The notes: a model not told the origin generated them from the sequence alone. A stretch of DNA of 58,393 nucleotides from a virus (IMGVR_UViG_3300012359_000003:1-58393); one strand, 5' to 3'. Positions 35,597 to 46,373 are shown, numbered from the stretch's first letter. Made by a program: numbers and translations.

Positions 35597-35986
35597 TCAT
35601 GTCAGCGTGATAGTGAGGGCTCCGATAGCGATCGTCGCCGTATCGCCAACCGCATAGCTCACTGCAGCGCTCACCGTGCCCTGGGCCAGGCAGACACCCG
35701 AGGTGACGCTGTCCCAGATGGTGATGTCAGTGACTGAGCCCCAGTTACCCGTGGTGTCAGGACCGAAGGAAATCGCACCGCTGTTGCTGGCGACATTGCC
35801 TGAGACCGTGAACGTAACTGCCTGTCGAGCATAGCCGTTGCCGCTGATCTCGTTCGAGGCACCGGCACCGCCATTCGCGCCAGTGTGCAGCGCCAGATAC
35901 CACGTGGTCGGCCGAGTGGGGCTGGACGTTGTGAAGATCCAGTTAAGTACCCGGTTTTCACCAGTGGCCGTAAATGTACCTGCCAT
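35597..35986 (-). CDS. Conserved small phage structural protein
   Basis: WYLALHTGANG...NGYARQAVTF is a pattern common in phage tail regions. Confidence 0.45.
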   Translation of the reverse strand: MAGTFTATGENRVLNWIFTTSSPTRPTTWYLALHTGANGGAGASNEISGNGYARQAVTFTVSGNVASNSGAISFGPDTTGNWGSVTDITIWDSVTSGVCLAQGTVSAAVSYAVGDTATIAIGALTITLT

Positions 35987-36019
35987 GAAGGGAACTCCTC
36001 AGTGTTATTGGACCGGCGA

Positions 36020-37081
36020 CTAGGTGCGGTTGCCCGAGATCGTGATCCACGAGTCGGTGGGAGTGCCCACCACAGAGTTAATTGTCAAGGTGAGTACGGA
36101 GCCAATTCCGACATAGCCGTTACCTGGAGTGGTGGTTTTGGCTACTGTGGTTACGTCGATATCGCTGAGGCTCACAATCGGCGCCCCATCAATCGCGAGG
36201 GTGAAATTAAATTGCCCTCCGAGGCTTCCAACAGAGGTTTCTACGCTGTAGATATTGAAAGCATAAGGAGCAGAGCCCGTGAGCACGTAGTCACCAGTCG
36301 TTACCAGCGCCCCTCCTGCCCAGTTCTCAGTGAAGCTAACCCCAGTCCAGCCAGAGCCACCGCCGAACAGTCCGATTCCGAGTCCCAGTGGCATAACCCC
36401 CGGCAGATCCGCCGGCATCCGCAGCGTAGCCAACTGGAGGTCTGCTCCTCTCACCACATTGAGCGCATCCTTCGCCAACCCATCCAGGCTCGGATCAGCA
36501 GGAAGCTGATAACTCACCCGCAACCGTCGAGCCAGATTGAAGTGAAGCGCCGCGAAGTATTCTGCAGGCAGCACCACATCATCGTCCACTGTGGTGAACT
36601 GCGGAAGAGAGTCCTTGATCGCGATATGGATCTCGAACAGGGCGTTGCCGGGAGTGGGAGTGAAGTAGATCGTTCCGAGCGGGAAGGAACTATCATAGAA
36701 AATACTACTCGGGAACGAGGGATAGTCTTTCAGCGTGATGAGATTGTAGTCCTCTCGAGCCTCGATGATCTCGAGTCCAAAATCAGCCCGCAAACCAGGA
36801 CTACCGACCATTTGCCGCACAAACGCGCTAGCAATCTTTTCAGGCCGGAGAGGTATATCGAAATCCCCTCCAGGCCCAATCGTATAGCTGTTAATGCCCT
36901 TCGACACCAGAGCCATATCGATCAGATGATACACGAGCCAGCGCTTCCGTTGCCACTGGCTCAGCATCCAATTCATATCTGTGAGGGCATCATCAGTGTC
37001 CTCGGCCAGAGCAGTCTGCCCCACGCCGAGGACCCCAGCGGTCTTGAGCGCCCGTTTGATGATATCCCCGGCAGTGGGCAC
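36020..37081 (-). CDS. T7 gp11-like tail tubular protein A / adaptor
   Basis: The N-terminus IIKRALKTAGVLGVGQTALAEDTDDALTDMNWMLSQWQRKRW parallels T7 gp11 ILASIGEPPVSTLEGD...ARRILNKINRQIQSRGW. Confidence 0.55.
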   Translation of the reverse strand: MPTAGDIIKRALKTAGVLGVGQTALAEDTDDALTDMNWMLSQWQRKRWLVYHLIDMALVSKGINSYTIGPGGDFDIPLRPEKIASAFVRQMVGSPGLRADFGLEIIEAREDYNLITLKDYPSFPSSIFYDSSFPLGTIYFTPTPGNALFEIHIAIKDSLPQFTTVDDDVVLPAEYFAALHFNLARRLRVSYQLPADPSLDGLAKDALNVVRGADLQLATLRMPADLPGVMPLGLGIGLFGGGSGWTGVSFTENWAGGALVTTGDYVLTGSAPYAFNIYSVETSVGSLGGQFNFTLAIDGAPIVSLSDIDVTTVAKTTTPGNGYVGIGSVLTLTINSVVGTPTDSWITISGNRT

Positions 37082-37087
37082 GAGACG

Positions 37088-37381
37088 TTACCCCCGACTC
37101 TTCGGAGAGTAACCAGTGGCCGCAGGCTTTGCGTCCTCGGCCCGCAGTTTCCCCAACGATGCTGACACGGTGGCGATTGCCGCAGTTGCAAGCGGCGATG
37201 CCTCAGCCCGGACCTCCTGCAGTGCCGCCGCTACCCGCCAATCGGCCTCTTCCGTTTCGCTCAGCACCGCAGTACCGACCCCTTCCGCGTCGTACAGCAT
37301 TCTCGGATACGGCCTGTACTCATAGTCCGCAAACTTGATATGACTGTACATGTTGTTGGACTTAACGTCGCTCTCAGGCAT
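37088..37381 (-). CDS. Hypothetical head/neck-region protein
   Basis: 97-aa ORF in the structural operon. Confidence 0.4.
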   Translation of the reverse strand: MPESDVKSNNMYSHIKFADYEYRPYPRMLYDAEGVGTAVLSETEEADWRVAAALQEVRAEASPLATAAIATVSASLGKLRAEDAKPAATGYSPKSRG

Positions 37382-37413
37382 GATAGGCTCCGAGGTTAAA
37401 GTTGTGGAATGGT

Positions 37414-37779
37414 TCAGGCCGGAAAGGTGTGGAAGTGCAAGGGACCAGCCGCCACAAACTGCACGGTCTTCCCCGCCGCCAGAGCATACGCCGCATTCGC
37501 CGACAGCGCATTGATCGCATCCCCAACCGCAGGGAACACGTTCATCGAGTTAGCTCCAGCATTGATGATGGTGAAGCGCTCAAGTAGAGCCGGCGCGGCC
37601 GGTAGCGTTGCTCCGTCTGCTGTCGTCGTGACAGTAGTGAAGCGTGACACTGAGGCAGTGATCAGCTGGCTGGTAGCCTGCGTTCCACTGGCCGTCGCCG
37701 TCAGCCCATCTACGACAGTCGGAATAAGATCCTCCCGCTGCATCAGCCGATATCCCGAAGGCATCTTTGCAATAGTCAT
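37414..37779 (-). CDS. Hypothetical structural protein
   Basis: ATG at 37779 overlaps the upstream stop (ATGA). Confidence 0.45.
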   Translation of the reverse strand: MTIAKMPSGYRLMQREDLIPTVVDGLTATASGTQATSQLITASVSRFTTVTTTADGATLPAAPALLERFTIINAGANSMNVFPAVGDAINALSANAAYALAAGKTVQFVAAGPLHFHTFPA

Positions 37780-38018
37780 GAAATGACACTCCCCAAGGAG
37801 CCAAGTCTCAGCGGATGGAGAATACCCCCATCCAGCAACGACAGCAAGGCTCCGATACAGATCAGCGCGATAAGCACGACGAGAACAACTCTGGCGACTT
37901 GCTGAATGGGCGGCGGAATCAGCGTGATAATGGCATTGCCTGCCCACCAGAGCAGCCACAACACCAACACGAAAATCAGCAGATACACCAGCAAGTACAC
38001 CAGAGATGCTATGGTCAC
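37776..38018 (-). CDS. Small two-TM membrane protein just downstream of the capsid gene
   Basis: Strongly hydrophobic: LVYLLVYLLIFVLVLWLLWW ... VVLVVLIALICIGALL. Confidence 0.4.
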   Translation of the reverse strand: MTIASLVYLLVYLLIFVLVLWLLWWAGNAIITLIPPPIQQVARVVLVVLIALICIGALLSLLDGGILHPLRLGSLGSVIS

Positions 38019-38041
38019 AGCGTGTTACTCCTGAGTATGCG

Positions 38042-39247
38042 TTACGGCACTACGTCGGGAATAACTACCGCCCATTCAGGCCGCACGAACAGGTACCCAT
38101 AGAGGATGTCCATTCTCGTGATGAACGCATCGGTCAGCACCGCATAGGCCGTGATCATCCTGATGCTGATGCCGTCGTAGCTCATCCGAGCGGCCTCATG
38201 AACACCGCGCGGGAGTTCCAGGTCCGCCGTTGCCATGGTAATGGCCTCCGGAACGAACGCGAAGTTCTTTCGGTAAGTGCCGGTTGCCACCAGGCGGATA
38301 GCAGCGGCATCTGCCGGCAACGCCGCCACCGTTTGATAGGCGACGGGATTGCCACCGCTGGGGCCAATGACCGCCGGATACAGCGAGACCGACGTAGCTG
38401 CATTGAGCGCCGCAGCGGTCAGCACGAACTGGGCTAGCTGCCCCGTGTCCTGTTTGGTGATGCGGTTAACGGAGTTGACTCCGTCGATGGTCACGATGTC
38501 ACCGACCTTGAGCGTGCCAGTCGTGGCGTTCGTGGTCATCGTGAGGCCAGTCTGACTGGCCCCATTGAGCGTACCGGCAGTGAACGTGCCGCTCACATGC
38601 ACCAGAGTCGTCTGGTCCATCATCCACTCGAACCCAAGAGCGGACTTCATAATCCCGGTCTCGTACTGCTTGCTGATCGCCGGAGCCGGGTTGAACAGCC
38701 CAGACAGCGAGGCGACCACTCGAGCCTCCGTGAACTGGCTGTTCACGATCTTGCGATCGTTCATCGGGGACGAGTAGGTGCTGAGCGCCGCACCGGCGGT
38801 CAGATAGGTGGTGGCGTTCGGGGTGCTGACCACCTGCGAGGTAATATTCCCCGCCATGTTGCTGATGCCGCCCTCAGCCCCAGACATGATGTCGGCGGCA
38901 ACCGCACCGGCGAGGTTGTTGACTGCCGGCCGAAGCACTCGCTTCGAGTAGTCATCGAGCTGCATCGTCCGTTCCACCGAACTGAAGCTCACATCGACGC
39001 CCTTCTGCGTCGCCAGCGTCAGGGTGGTGTTCTTTTCAGTGGTGTCTTGCGGGGTCGCCGTAGCACCCGAGCGGACGGTATAGTCGTTCGGGAGGCGAAT
39101 CCTGAGTGCCGTACCGATCTTCGCGCCTGTCCGCGCAAACGCATCGTCGTACTGCGTGTCGATGTTCATCAGGAACGCGTTGGAGTTCTTCCAGAGGCGA
39201 ATCGCCTCTCGAGTGATCTGGCTGATAGTGAGGATTGAATTGGCCAC
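38042..39247 (-). CDS. Major capsid protein (HK97 fold, P22-coat-like family)
   Basis: 401-aa ORF downstream of the scaffold gene. The N- and C-terminal patterns resemble P22-type coat proteins. Confidence 0.7.
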   Translation of the reverse strand: MANSILTISQITREAIRLWKNSNAFLMNIDTQYDDAFARTGAKIGTALRIRLPNDYTVRSGATATPQDTTEKNTTLTLATQKGVDVSFSSVERTMQLDDYSKRVLRPAVNNLAGAVAADIMSGAEGGISNMAGNITSQVVSTPNATTYLTAGAALSTYSSPMNDRKIVNSQFTEARVVASLSGLFNPAPAISKQYETGIMKSALGFEWMMDQTTLVHVSGTFTAGTLNGASQTGLTMTTNATTGTLKVGDIVTIDGVNSVNRITKQDTGQLAQFVLTAAALNAATSVSLYPAVIGPSGGNPVAYQTVAALPADAAAIRLVATGTYRKNFAFVPEAITMATADLELPRGVHEAARMSYDGISIRMITAYAVLTDAFITRMDILYGYLFVRPEWAVVIPDVVP

Positions 39248-39426
39248 GAGTCCTGTCCTAACCGGGGGCGCACCAGCGCCGAGGGGGATTGAGTTGGACT
39301 GGACTCGGGTGAGGAGGAGCGTCCGGGAGCGAGGGCTCTGCTGCCCAAGGAAGCGCAGGGGATGTAGTGGCCTCCCCGAAAGCCTACAGGCGGTTTACAG
39401 TCCCGCCGAGGACCCAGACACAGTAC

Positions 39427-40242
39427 CTATGCGTGGCGATCTTTGATCTGCTTCTCCCGCCAGGCAAGCCACTCCTTCATGGGCATCTTCTCCGGATCTT
39501 TCTCGATCGAAGTTCCGCCGCCATTGAGGGCTCGGATGGGAGGGGGAGCAGAAGAGGTCTTGGGGGCAGCCTGTAGTTTACTCGCCACCTTGGCGAGTGC
39601 CACTGCCTGTCGCGTCGGGGAAAGGGCCATGATGCGACTTGCCTCATCCATGTCCTGGGCCAGAGTCTGGAGGATCACGTGAGCGTCACCGGCCTCCATC
39701 GTGGCCTCGATAAACGCCGGGGTGAGGCCTCCGAGATTCGCATAGCTTTTCAGCGAGTCATCGAAGTCCGGAAATGCGTCTTTGCCCTTGGAGTAGATGT
39801 CGTTGCAGTTGCGATCGAACTCCCGCTGGGCGGCGATCTGAGCAGCACGACTCTCGACATCGGGTTCCGAGGCCTTCGGTGCAGGTTGGCGCTGCTCTTC
39901 GGGTTTGGCTTCCGGGTTTGCCCTCGCTTGGAGGGCCTCCCTCAGCTGCCGGTTTTCTTCGGCGATAGCCGCCGCCTGTCGGATAGTCTCAGACTTCTCT
40001 CGAGTAAGTGCGTCGATGCGTCGCTGGAACCACGGGACCTGGCCTTTGGATTTGTCGGGCTTGGACTCTGTGGGGCGCTTTTCGCTAGCAGCTTGTTTGC
40101 CGTCGGTGTCGGAGTTGGTGTCGGCATCTGGCTCACCACCCTCTTCCTCTGTGAGTTGCGGCGTGGGAGTCTCAAGTAGACCAACGTCTTCGCCACTCTC
40201 GGTGGCTTCAGTCTCGGTGGCGGTTTCGGCTTCCCCTGCCAT
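39427..40242 (-). CDS. Scaffolding protein
   Basis: Acidic and helical, E/A/K-rich, lying between the portal region and the capsid gene. Confidence 0.6.
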   Translation of the reverse strand: MAGEAETATETEATESGEDVGLLETPTPQLTEEEGGEPDADTNSDTDGKQAASEKRPTESKPDKSKGQVPWFQRRIDALTREKSETIRQAAAIAEENRQLREALQARANPEAKPEEQRQPAPKASEPDVESRAAQIAAQREFDRNCNDIYSKGKDAFPDFDDSLKSYANLGGLTPAFIEATMEAGDAHVILQTLAQDMDEASRIMALSPTRQAVALAKVASKLQAAPKTSSAPPPIRALNGGGTSIEKDPEKMPMKEWLAWREKQIKDRHA

Positions 40243-40362
40243 TGTGGCAACTCCAGTGTATGCAATTGGGCTGTATAATAGCGCGCGGGAGCGGCTATCG
40301 CCAACCCACCAAGGCGCACAAGCAATGGCGTCGGTGGGCCAAGGAGGGACCGAAGGTCTCTC

Positions 40363-40653
40363 TCAGTGAAATTTCCCCGTTACTCTTCGACCATTGATTC
40401 TCAATTGATTATCGAGAACCAGTGCTTCCGCCACGAGTTCCTTCTGGTCCTCCAGCAAGAGTGAGCCCTCGCCTAGTGTACCGGCCAACACAACACGGGC
40501 CTGCTCCAGCAGTTTTGGCCACAAGACTTTGACGAACCGCTTGCGGGAGGGATTCAGTCGTCGAAACTCATTGTGATACGCCATGACCTCATAGTACTCC
40601 TCGGCCATACCAATCGCAGTGTCTCGGATCATAGGGTGAGCGACAGTGGACAC
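40363..40653 (-). CDS. Hypothetical protein
   Basis: 96-aa ORF in the head module. Confidence 0.4.
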   Translation of the reverse strand: MSTVAHPMIRDTAIGMAEEYYEVMAYHNEFRRLNPSRKRFVKVLWPKLLEQARVVLAGTLGEGSLLLEDQKELVAEALVLDNQLRINGRRVTGKFH

Positions 40654-40659
40654 GGGAGA

Positions 40660-41928
40660 TTACTCCTGAGAGAATGGATTGTTGTCAACCGGAACGGCAG
40701 TCCCTCCATCCCGAGTGTAGTATCGGATGATCTGAGGGCCTTGGTGGTAGCCCGGCGTGTCGTGGGGGTGGACAGCACTTGGATCGGACAGTTCCGTTCG
40801 AGCCTGAACATTCCGAGATTCCACCTCACCGCCAAAACTTTTGTACTTGGCCATCGCCTTGGCACTCATCCCCTGGAGTAACTGATAGTAGTCCAGAGCC
40901 TTGATATAAGGGCTTAGCAGACCTTTCTGCAGAGCTGCATTGAGTGTGGCCTGCTCAGCGGTGCTTAAGTAGTTACCGGACTTGCTACTCAGCACAGCGC
41001 TCTGCAGATTCATTGGGTTCAGCGTGCCGCCAGTTGTTGGATCGGGAATACGAGCGAGTCTCTCGTGGAGATCATTCAATCTCGTAATCGCACCACCGAG
41101 TGCCTCAGCGTGTCCCGCAGGTAGAAACTCCATGGGGCTGCCACCAGAGGCAAAGCCCTCGGAGTTCTGAACCTGGTGCTGTACCTCGTGGAGGAGAGTG
41201 GATTTCAGATCGTCGGGATGGCCCGGAGCCAGGGAAATGCTTCCGTCGTCATGTGCAATGCCGAGAATGCCCTGGTTTGTCATCTCGTCGCCGAGAGGCA
41301 GCACCTTGGTCTTAGCAAGTTGGGGATAGGCGTCAAATAATTCTGGGTGGTCAAGCACATCACCAAGTGTAGTGTCCTGGCCAGTTATCCCTACCAGCGT
41401 ATCTGGCTCCGTTGCATCTTCCGCTCCCCTAAGTTTGACTCCCTGGTCGGGGATCTCGAACTTCCATCTCCCATCCACATCCTTAAACCAACCAGTTCCG
41501 GCGAAAGTATCTGCCCCTGCTGGCATACTCGTGGCCTTTGAGAATGCACTTTTATCGGCGGTCTTAGCACCCAGTCCACCGAAGATCCTAGCGGTAGCGC
41601 TATCTCCCACCGCTCCGGCATGAACTCCACTCCCCGCCCCGAGCGTCGCTAGTGCCATCGTCGCTTCCGGCGTCATCTCCCCTGTACGAGTGCCCTGGAG
41701 CAGATCCAGAATCCCATTCCCAAGGTCACGAAACTGAGTTGGAATGCCAGGACCCTGGTTGGTGATCGTTCCGTCGGGGTTGTGGATACTCCGAACTGGA
41801 AGCAGATTTCCGTAGGTATAGCCGGGCTCAGGTGCCAGAGCATTACGAAGCGGAGTGAAGAAGGGATCAGGAGCGGAGCCAGCAGTGAGGTCATTTTGGA
41901 CTCCCGGGTTCGCTGTACTGTCCGACAT
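40660..41928 (-). CDS. Virion-associated protein with an HExxH metallopeptidase-like motif
   Basis: LLHEVQHQVQNSEG, positioned after the portal gene like minor head / ejected proteins. Confidence 0.4.
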   Translation of the reverse strand: MSDSTANPGVQNDLTAGSAPDPFFTPLRNALAPEPGYTYGNLLPVRSIHNPDGTITNQGPGIPTQFRDLGNGILDLLQGTRTGEMTPEATMALATLGAGSGVHAGAVGDSATARIFGGLGAKTADKSAFSKATSMPAGADTFAGTGWFKDVDGRWKFEIPDQGVKLRGAEDATEPDTLVGITGQDTTLGDVLDHPELFDAYPQLAKTKVLPLGDEMTNQGILGIAHDDGSISLAPGHPDDLKSTLLHEVQHQVQNSEGFASGGSPMEFLPAGHAEALGGAITRLNDLHERLARIPDPTTGGTLNPMNLQSAVLSSKSGNYLSTAEQATLNAALQKGLLSPYIKALDYYQLLQGMSAKAMAKYKSFGGEVESRNVQARTELSDPSAVHPHDTPGYHQGPQIIRYYTRDGGTAVPVDNNPFSQE

Positions 41929-41930
41929 GG

Positions 41931-42608
41931 CTAGGCTCCCGGAGGTGCAAACGGGTCATGGTTCACAGGATCATATGCGTATCCCGCCGAGACCATAGGA
42001 CTGCCATTTGCCCCACCCACTTGCATCAGAGCATTTGGGTGCTGTTGGTCGGCAGGGGTGCTACCGCCAGAGGGGTTTTGCCAACTAGTCCCGCCGGCGT
42101 CTCTCCGCCCAGGAGGAAGCCACCCACCAGGCCACGAGGTCTGGCCCCAAGTTCCGGTTCCAGTTCCGCCATAACCTCCTACTGGAGTCGGACCTCCTTG
42201 CGCACCGCCGAGGCCACCAGGAACGGAACCGAGTCCGGTTCCGAATGTGCCAGTGGCCCAGGAACTTTGTGGCGTGACTCCGGAATTCTGTGCGTACTGG
42301 CCCTGGAGTTGAGACACCAGATCTCCGCCAGACACTGGGCCTCCAGCAAGGCTCTGAGTCGTTAGGGGGTTCGAGGTCGAAGCCACCGACGTCGCTGTTG
42401 GTGTAATTGATGTGGGCATCGACACCGGAGCAGCAGGTGCAGTCGCGGCTGGAGTCGCTTGCGCTGTTGGCATGGTGATGTAGTAGAGAGGGGCTGTGCC
42501 GTCGTTACCGCCGCCGTTGATACTATTTATAAGGGGCTGTCCAACACCACCAGCAGCAGTCCATTGCGCAAGGAGGTCTTGCTGGTTGTCACTATACGCT
42601 TGCGACAT
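41931..42608 (-). CDS. Low-complexity Gly/Thr/Pro-rich protein
   Basis: 225-aa ORF directly after the portal gene. Confidence 0.4.
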   Translation of the reverse strand: MSQAYSDNQQDLLAQWTAAGGVGQPLINSINGGGNDGTAPLYYITMPTAQATPAATAPAAPVSMPTSITPTATSVASTSNPLTTQSLAGGPVSGGDLVSQLQGQYAQNSGVTPQSSWATGTFGTGLGSVPGGLGGAQGGPTPVGGYGGTGTGTWGQTSWPGGWLPPGRRDAGGTSWQNPSGGSTPADQQHPNALMQVGGANGSPMVSAGYAYDPVNHDPFAPPGA

Positions 42609-42609
42609 C

Positions 42610-44952
42610 CTAGCCTCCCCGCTTTACGAGCCGAGCGAACTTGCCCGGTCGAGTCGGATCGGGGATGTACCACTCACCATCGGGAGCCCTTCGAGCACCC
42701 CGAACCGGAGGGAGATCGGAGCCTGGAGCCGCAGTCGGCTGCATTGGCGGGGCGGCTGGGATCGGAAGTTGACCATTAGGCCCGACTCCCGCTGGAGACA
42801 TGTCACCGAGATGTTGTTGAACTGTGGCCCCTGCAGGGGGCGGAGCATTGCCCATCTGCGGTGAGGGCGGAACCGGAGTCCCTTCAGGACCACTTCCAGC
42901 CATCTCATCCGCCTGGTTCATCTGCTGGATGGAGTCGAGGTGGCTCTTGAGTGAGTCCCCAACCAGTTGGTGGATCATGGAGGCCAGGCCTTCCGGATCG
43001 GTCGGAAGCATTTTCTGCAGTGCCGTCATACGCTTGGTCTCGGCCTCATACACGTCAATATCTCGCATCTGGTCCTTCGATGCGAGCTTCGCTTTGGCGA
43101 ACTCGATCTCATGTTGCTGCTGTTGTAGCTGCGATGCCATCATCTTGATCTGCTGCTGCGCTGCAGACAGTTGCGGATCTGGAGCATCACCGAGCGCCTG
43201 CGCCGGGACCATTCTCTTGAGGCGTATTGCCGCCTCATCTGCTCCGGGGAAATCCCCCGCGCGGAACAGAATATCCCCAATCAGCGAGGCCATCTGCGGC
43301 GCCTGGGTAAGGATTAGGGTGAATGCGTTGAAGGCCTCCTCCCGCCGAGTCGAGTACGCAGGCCCGACATCAGCCTGGACCTCATATCTCCCGATGTTCG
43401 GGTTAAACACCCGCTGAACGACCTTGTTCAGGTGATTGAGTTTCTCCGTATATGCCTTCTGGGCCTGCGGATCAATCTCCACATCCTGAGTGGTTCCGTC
43501 TTCTGCCATGATGAGCATGAGACGTTTGGTGTCGTAGATCTTGGGGACGAGGTCGAGGATGATCTTGCCGGTGGCTCGGATAGCGATGGCGAGGTTATCG
43601 ATGAAATGATACGTGCTATTGTCGCCCTTTCGCTGACGAGCGCTAATCGCTGCTCCGGTCCGCTCGCTCCCCTGTTGGCCCATCTGGGGTTCATACTGCC
43701 CCGAGACCATTTGCATTTCCATCCCAGCAGTTTGCATGCCCTGGATGTAAGCCTGGGCCATGGTCGGGGGCTCTTGACGCACCGGTGGGGTAAGAAGCTG
43801 GCCATCATCCCCATAGGCATTGTACGGGAGGACTGCGTAGTTCTCCTTGTTCCCGGTCTCCCAATATTTTTCCTGGCCCTCAATACTTTCGGCTGAGGCG
43901 ATGTAGGGAATTTTGTTCTGGAGCGCCACATTCTCCACCGCGCTCGAGGTCCAGTAGTTGTACATGCGCTGGGCATCTTTCAACGCCCTGGTGTGGCCTT
44001 TGCGGTCAAGCTTTCCGTCGATCTTGGTCTCCTCACCCACGACACGGACTAGCGGGATGTACTTTCCGGGCCAGATTTTCCGCTCCGCAACCTTGTGCCC
44101 GACGATTTTATACCACTCCACGGTGGAACTCACGGTCTCTCTTGTCGTGGTGTCCGGGTGCTCGAGCACACTCGCCCGCAGTTCTTTGGGAATGTCGGAA
44201 CGGAGAGTGGTAACGCGATCTCCTGTTACCGGGTTGGTGAAATTGACCACAGTGCCGGGAGTATCCACCCTTCTCCAGTACGCCGCGATCCTAACCGTGT
44301 CACCCCTCACCCAGTCGTTCTCGTTGCCGAGTGGAGGTGAGGGATGGTCGTCCGCGTATTCCGGATAATCTTTCTCGAATTCCTTCCGGGGAATATCCAT
44401 GAACTCGAACGCGTACCGGGCATCGAGGCCATCTTTCCGCTTGATATCAGGGTCGAGGTAGATTAGTAGCGGGTCTGGGACCTCCTCGATACAAATGTCC
44501 TGATCCGATGAAGTATCGTCGATGTAATCAGTGGAGATCCTCCAATAGCCAATTCCGGCTTTTACCTGGAATTCCGTTGCAGTGTCATACGCGACACTTG
44601 CGCCGCTTTGATATTCGATGTACCTCACCAGCGCGGCTAAGACTTGGGCGGACTCATAGCTCGCGCCCCCTCCGACCGGGCGGACACTTACGCTCGCCTT
44701 ATTCTGTTTGCTGTCATTGATGATCTGGAGGTTGTGCTGGCGAGTTTTGTTGATCGTCAGGCAGGGCTTTTGGTCGCTCACACGTCCCTGCCACAACATG
44801 TCCGGCCACTGCCAGTTGTTATCACTGTCCCCGTTCGCGAACTTGAGGTCCTCCATGAAGAGTTCCCGCGAAGCGCTCTCGTAGTCCTCACACCGCTGGA
44901 AACGTTCCATCGCCTCATCAACTAGATCGTCGTCGGAAGTGGATTTGGGCAT
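42610..44952 (-). CDS. Portal protein (P22-type)
   Basis: EDLKFANGDSDNNWQWP...KPCLTINKTRQHNLQIINDSKQNK...GIGYWRI is typical of the portal N-terminus. The gene is adjacent to TerL. Confidence 0.8.
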   Translation of the reverse strand: MPKSTSDDDLVDEAMERFQRCEDYESASRELFMEDLKFANGDSDNNWQWPDMLWQGRVSDQKPCLTINKTRQHNLQIINDSKQNKASVSVRPVGGGASYESAQVLAALVRYIEYQSGASVAYDTATEFQVKAGIGYWRISTDYIDDTSSDQDICIEEVPDPLLIYLDPDIKRKDGLDARYAFEFMDIPRKEFEKDYPEYADDHPSPPLGNENDWVRGDTVRIAAYWRRVDTPGTVVNFTNPVTGDRVTTLRSDIPKELRASVLEHPDTTTRETVSSTVEWYKIVGHKVAERKIWPGKYIPLVRVVGEETKIDGKLDRKGHTRALKDAQRMYNYWTSSAVENVALQNKIPYIASAESIEGQEKYWETGNKENYAVLPYNAYGDDGQLLTPPVRQEPPTMAQAYIQGMQTAGMEMQMVSGQYEPQMGQQGSERTGAAISARQRKGDNSTYHFIDNLAIAIRATGKIILDLVPKIYDTKRLMLIMAEDGTTQDVEIDPQAQKAYTEKLNHLNKVVQRVFNPNIGRYEVQADVGPAYSTRREEAFNAFTLILTQAPQMASLIGDILFRAGDFPGADEAAIRLKRMVPAQALGDAPDPQLSAAQQQIKMMASQLQQQQHEIEFAKAKLASKDQMRDIDVYEAETKRMTALQKMLPTDPEGLASMIHQLVGDSLKSHLDSIQQMNQADEMAGSGPEGTPVPPSPQMGNAPPPAGATVQQHLGDMSPAGVGPNGQLPIPAAPPMQPTAAPGSDLPPVRGARRAPDGEWYIPDPTRPGKFARLVKRGG

Positions 44953-45016
44953 CGGAGGTACTCCAGCGAGGACGGTGGTAAAGAGTTAAGGTAACACCAT
45001 AAGCGACGGTAACACT
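44953..45016 (-). promoter_or_regulatory. GGTGTTAC promoter/leader cassette upstream of the portal gene
   Basis: The minus strand reads AGTGTTACCGTCGCTTATGGTGTTACCTTAACTC-N18-GGAGTACCTCCGATG. This is the same cassette found in front of early genes at 50.1-53.6 kb. Confidence 0.5.
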
Positions 45017-46373
45017 ATGATTTCATCCAGCTGTGCTGAGTGCCTGGGGTGTTATCACGGCTTAGCCTTAAGGCCGCTTTTACTCGGTCCAGCACCACAG
45101 CACCGCCCTTCGAGGGTTTCTCGCGAAGTCCCACTGCTAGGTACCGAAACCCGTCTGCTCCGTGGGAGGCCCAATCGTGAACCGGCTGGCGAGACAGGGC
45201 GCCAAGTTCGCCAGGACGGGTTGGCTCGGAGATGACCTCATAGCGGTAGTGGCGAAGAGCGTTGAGGCCGGTGACACAACGCTCCGAGTCAAACCAGATG
45301 TTAGGGAACATGGTGCGGGTTGCGTTGATGCCATCTTCAACGCTGAGGCGGGGGACAATCCTTACAGTCCTGCCAGACGCCCTCACAATTTCCTCGATGG
45401 ACTTGCCGGTACCGAGGCTTTTCGCGCGAGCGTCGTGCGGGAGCCAAAAATCCCCGTACACATACGAGCGCTGTTGGCACTCCATCAAGTACCAGGCAAT
45501 GGGCTTCTGGGTGTTCTCGACATAATCGATCACCCTGATCTCGAATCCTACCAGTTGGGCAAACCACAACGAGGTGCTGTCAGCCCAACCGAGATCCCAA
45601 AACACGTGGACAGGCTTGAGCGGTTCGTAGGGGACCTTGGTAATGTGGCCAGAAGCAGTTGCCACCCTTAGCTCGTTCGCGTATACCGCTCCCTCCAGCA
45701 TTACCCGACACTTGCCCTCCCAGACGTTCAGGTAAGCGTCTGGGTCCTGGACTCGGAGATAATCCTTCTCGCGGCGCATTGTGTCTGTAAACCAGGGGTT
45801 ATCTCGCCAACCAATTTGCATGACTACGCCATCATCAGGCGGCCTGACAACAAACCGCTGATAGGTGTCATCAGTCTCGAGCATAGGGTTGAACGAGACC
45901 CAGATCTCGGAGCCGATCTTACGGACTGTTGGGATCAATATGTCCCAGGAGGTTTTGGTAACTGCGTGGGCCTCCTCGACCCAGCAAACGTCAATACCTT
46001 CGTAGGACTTGATCTTAGAGACGTTTTGTCGGATGCCCTCGAAAGAGAACTCCGTCCCGGTATGTCGACATTTGATACTCGTTAGTTGGATCTCGTAATC
46101 GTCCTGCATTCCGAGCATGGCGATTTGATCGGAGAGGAGTTTATGCACCGAGTCCTTGATGGAGTTTTGGAACTCACGAGCGCACAATACCCGGATGGTC
46201 CGCTGCTTGCCGATAATCAGCAGGGCCCTGGCAATGCCCCAGGACTTGCTCCCTCCACGCCCTCCCCACAGAACTTTGTACCGGTGGGGCTCGAAAAGGA
46301 ACTGGAGTTTGATTGGGAACTGGGCAACAGGACCAGCAGGAGCGGGAGTGGTGCCCTTTGGGGTGCTGGTCAT
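45015..46373 (-). CDS. terL: Terminase large subunit
   Basis: Walker A is WGGRGGSKSWG and Walker B is DVCWVEEA, with a nuclease half at the C-terminus. ATG 46373 overlaps the upstream stop. Confidence 0.85.
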   Translation of the reverse strand: MTSTPKGTTPAPAGPVAQFPIKLQFLFEPHRYKVLWGGRGGSKSWGIARALLIIGKQRTIRVLCAREFQNSIKDSVHKLLSDQIAMLGMQDDYEIQLTSIKCRHTGTEFSFEGIRQNVSKIKSYEGIDVCWVEEAHAVTKTSWDILIPTVRKIGSEIWVSFNPMLETDDTYQRFVVRPPDDGVVMQIGWRDNPWFTDTMRREKDYLRVQDPDAYLNVWEGKCRVMLEGAVYANELRVATASGHITKVPYEPLKPVHVFWDLGWADSTSLWFAQLVGFEIRVIDYVENTQKPIAWYLMECQQRSYVYGDFWLPHDARAKSLGTGKSIEEIVRASGRTVRIVPRLSVEDGINATRTMFPNIWFDSERCVTGLNALRHYRYEVISEPTRPGELGALSRQPVHDWASHGADGFRYLAVGLREKPSKGGAVVLDRVKAALRLSRDNTPGTQHSWMKS